DNA of 63,345 nt, the filler included. It is 5 parts of 5 records of this genome, joined end to end, with 100 filler letters (N's around TTAATTAATTAA, not from the genome) between each part and the next. Parts side by side here need not be neighbours in the genome. Positions count along the whole stretch, not along the records: positions 55,005 to 63,345 come from SRR22947727_5404; 4 more parts are not named here. One strand, written 5' to 3'. The notes below the pieces were generated by a model. The model was given only the letters and a program-made list of their open reading frames with translations. It did no database searches and was not told the DNA's origin. Shown here one piece after another: positions 60,742 through 63,345 of the stretch; position 1 is the first letter of the stretch, and every line of letters begins with the position of its first letter. The position numbers and the translations under genes are program-made.

Positions 60742-62302
60742 TAAGAAAATTTTAATATCGTTTTTGTTTTTAAGCCTAAGTTTTGGGCTATTTTCTCAAA
60801 CTCCAATAAGGTTAAAGTCTAAAGTAGATACACTTTCTATAAAAATCGGAGAAGAAATTAAGTACGAATTTTCTTTTGTTGCTGATTCGTTGAACGATTT
60901 TGAATTTAAATTACTAAAATTCAACCCTCCTATTGACGTGATTCAAGAATTTCAAATAGACACATTATATGAAGATAACACGGTAAGGTTTGTTAAAAAA
61001 TATTCATTAACAAGTTTTGAGCCAGGGTCATTTTCTATAATTCCACCTATCAAAATTTTAGATCAAATAATTAAATCTCGAGATTCAATTATTATCAGTG
61101 TTTCAAGTGTTAAAGTCGACACTGTCAGCAAGAAATTTTTTGACATAAAAAATATAATTCAAGTTGAAAGAAATAATGAAGGTTGGTGGAAAAAATATTT
61201 TTTGATTCTTAGTATAATTTCAATTCTAATATTATCTGTTAAGCTTTACAAGGAATCTAAATACTTTAATTCATCAAAAGAAATCATTACTCCTCCACTT
61301 GAGAAAGCGATTGAAGCATTAAAATCACTAGAGCTGAATGAATCTAATAACCAATCAGATTACAAAGAATATTATTCTAAATTAACAGAAATTGTAAAAG
61401 GCTATTTTGAAGAAGAGGTTAAAGTAGACGCCTTAGAAAGCACAACTAATGAATTAATAGTAAAACTAGAATTATTAAAGGATGCGGGTCAATTAGATAT
61501 TTCAAAAGAAACTTTGAAAAACTTTAAATCAGTTTTATCCACAGCTGATTTGGTAAAATTCGCTAAATCAGCACCTGGTTCTAAAACAGCAATTTTAGAC
61601 AAACAACTTTTAGAGACAGTTCTTGTTGACACAAAAGAAGCAATCCCTGAACCTTCCGAAGAAGAGCTATTACAAAACGAAGAGTATCTAAAGAAAATTC
61701 AAGGTGAAAAGAAAAGAAAATTTCTTATAAATATTGCCAAAATATTAATTACAATAATTTTCATTTCTCTTATTGCAAGTATTTCAATTTTTGGATGGGA
61801 AGAAGTTAAAGATAATGTGTTTGGAAATTCGACAAAAGAACTTTTACAAAAAGAAGATTGGGTTGTAAGTAGTTATGGAGCTTTTCCAATTAAAATATCA
61901 TCACCAGATGCATTAATAAGAAACGATTCAAAAACAGGGCAATTGTTTAGCCTTCAGGGTTTAGAAGATCCGTTTAGCTTAACTATTAATACAAAACCAA
62001 TTAATAAAGAGGATGAAATTCAGTCAATTCTCATAGAAAAATTAAAATCTAAGGGAGCCCTAAACATCTTAACTCAACAGGAAGAGTTTACACTTGATAA
62101 CGGGATAACTACAGCTAGGTATTATGGCTCTTTTGATTATATTAATAACGAAAATATTTCAATCAAAAAAGAATATTCCAGCTTATCGTTTTTTGAAAAT
62201 GGTGGAAATCAAACTTTAAATATTATTTACGATAGGAATAATAGATATGCAAAACAAATTAGAACTAGAATTGAAAGTTCAATAGATTTTAATAATAAAT
62301 AA
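60734..62302 (+). CDS. Bat-operon membrane protein (between DUF58 and batA)
   Basis: Signal peptide, two TM segments, 'ALESTT.EL', 'ADLVKFAK'; position usual for Flavobacteria. Confidence 0.7.
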   Translation: MVNKKILISFLFLSLSFGLFSQTPIRLKSKVDTLSIKIGEEIKYEFSFVADSLNDFEFKLLKFNPPIDVIQEFQIDTLYEDNTVRFVKKYSLTSFEPGSFSIIPPIKILDQIIKSRDSIIISVSSVKVDTVSKKFFDIKNIIQVERNNEGWWKKYFLILSIISILILSVKLYKESKYFNSSKEIITPPLEKAIEALKSLELNESNNQSDYKEYYSKLTEIVKGYFEEEVKVDALESTTNELIVKLELLKDAGQLDISKETLKNFKSVLSTADLVKFAKSAPGSKTAILDKQLLETVLVDTKEAIPEPSEEELLQNEEYLKKIQGEKKRKFLINIAKILITIIFISLIASISIFGWEEVKDNVFGNSTKELLQKEDWVVSSYGAFPIKISSPDALIRNDSKTGQLFSLQGLEDPFSLTINTKPINKEDEIQSILIEKLKSKGALNILTQQEEFTLDNGITTARYYGSFDYINNENISIKKEYSSLSFFENGGNQTLNIIYDRNNRYAKQIRTRIESSIDFNNK

Positions 62303-62303
62303 A

Positions 62304-63305
62304 ATGTTTAATAATATTACATTTTACAACCCTGAATTTTTATGGCTTATTATAGGCGTGATCTTCTTTGTTGTTGTTAATTATAAAATTAAACACCTCA
62401 AAAACCCCAAACTTAGCATATCTTCAATTGATTCGTTTAGTAAATCATCTCTAAAAACCACTATTTTCCCTTTTTTAGATTTATTAAGATATACAGCTTT
62501 AGTTTCTTTAATTATAGCTTTAGCAAGACCACAAATAATAGATATCTCGACACAAACTAAAAAAAGCAGAGGGATTGATATTGTGATAGCAGTAGATGTC
62601 TCTTCAAGTATGCTTGCCCAAGATTTAAAACCTAATAGACTAGAAGCGTTAAAAGAAGTTGCTAAAGAATTTATTTATGATAGAGTTAATGATAGAATGG
62701 GCCTTGTTGTTTACGCAGGAGAAAGTTATACCAAGACACCTGTTACTACCGATAAATCAATTATAGTTAAGTCCTTAGATGAAATAATTTTTGATGGAAT
62801 TATAGAAGACGGAACAGCAATTGGGATGGGTTTAGCGACTTCCGTCAATAGACTTAAAAACAGTAAAGCTAAAAGTAAAGTTATTATTTTACTTACTGAT
62901 GGAGTCAATAATTCAGGATTTATCGACCCAAATACTTCTGCTGATTTAGCCCTTTCATTTGGAATAAAAACATATACAATCGGACTAGGAAGCAATGGAA
63001 ATGCCCTTGCTCCCATAGCTTTAAATCCAGACGGTTCTTTCAGATACGGTATGACAAAGGTTGAAATTGACGAAAAACTTTTAGAATCCATAGCTTCTAA
63101 AACAGGGGGATTATACTTTAGAGCTACAGATAACAAAAAACTTAAAGAAATATATCAAGAAATTAATAAACTTGAAAAAACTGATGTGGAAGAATTTAAA
63201 TATTCAAATGCGCAGGAAATTTATAGAGTATTTGTTTTATTTTCTATTATTTTAATATTCTTAGAGTGGATTTTAAGAACAACATTATTTAAAAGTTTTA
63301 TATAA
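62304..63305 (+). CDS. batA: BatA vWA-domain protein
   Basis: 'ALARPQ', MIDAS 'DVSSSM', 'GTAIG', 'LLTDG.NN.G', C-terminal TM. Confidence 0.92.
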   Translation: MFNNITFYNPEFLWLIIGVIFFVVVNYKIKHLKNPKLSISSIDSFSKSSLKTTIFPFLDLLRYTALVSLIIALARPQIIDISTQTKKSRGIDIVIAVDVSSSMLAQDLKPNRLEALKEVAKEFIYDRVNDRMGLVVYAGESYTKTPVTTDKSIIVKSLDEIIFDGIIEDGTAIGMGLATSVNRLKNSKAKSKVIILLTDGVNNSGFIDPNTSADLALSFGIKTYTIGLGSNGNALAPIALNPDGSFRYGMTKVEIDEKLLESIASKTGGLYFRATDNKKLKEIYQEINKLEKTDVEEFKYSNAQEIYRVFVLFSIILIFLEWILRTTLFKSFI

Positions 63306-63345
63306 GTGTACCAGTTAGAAGAGACATATTATTTTTATTTATTAG
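63306..63345 (+). CDS. Start of a probable BatB protein (truncated)
   Basis: GTG directly after the batA stop gives MYQLEETYYFYLL..., resembling BatB N-termini. Confidence 0.55.
   Translation, partial: MYQLEETYYFYLL

Noticed and set aside
58840-63345. moxR-DUF58-vWA cluster as a novel system
   Set aside because: This is the well-known Bacteroidetes bat operon in its usual order

Overview
The window is five unrelated contigs joined by artificial 100-nt spacers (N-run, TTAATTAATTAA, N-run) at 31656-31755, 37853-37952, 49076-49175 and 54905-55004, so gene neighbourhood cannot be read across spacers. (1) 1-31655: a Roseobacter-group-like Rhodobacterales fragment with rlmH-gpmI-envC-like-ctpA-rppH, then part of an aerobic anoxygenic photosynthesis cluster (dxs, pufQBALMC, bchCXYZ, crtEF, crtDC, tspO, crtIB, crtA-bchIDO, cycA, hemA, puhE, acsF) with five PpsR boxes. 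(2) 31756-37852: a very AT-rich, possibly large-phage NDP-sugar cluster whose content suggests a 3,6-dideoxy, C2-branched (yersiniose-like) sugar made by a minimised split ThDP enzyme. (3) 37953-49075: an alphaproteobacterial TPP-riboswitch thiamine operon without thiC (thiD-O-S-G-E-F, thiY-tenA-thiZ-thiX), then queF and speD-speE with a folded 5' leader. (4) 49176-54904: an AT-rich betaproteobacterial-like fragment (addAB-like, greB, efp); its Arg-type EF-P has a symmetric 4-residue loop extension and no earP upstream, and the contig ends share a 30-nt chimeric inverted repeat. (5) 55005-63345: a Flavobacteria-like fragment (ArsC-family, cytochrome c, DUF1080, yicC-gmk-nadD, moxR-DUF58-bat). 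Best leads: the loop-extended EF-P, the branched-sugar pathway, the speD leader RNA, the ATT start of crtA and the atypical LH1 beta C-terminus. Family and taxon assignments come from recalled motifs, and RNA folds were read by eye; no search or computation was run.
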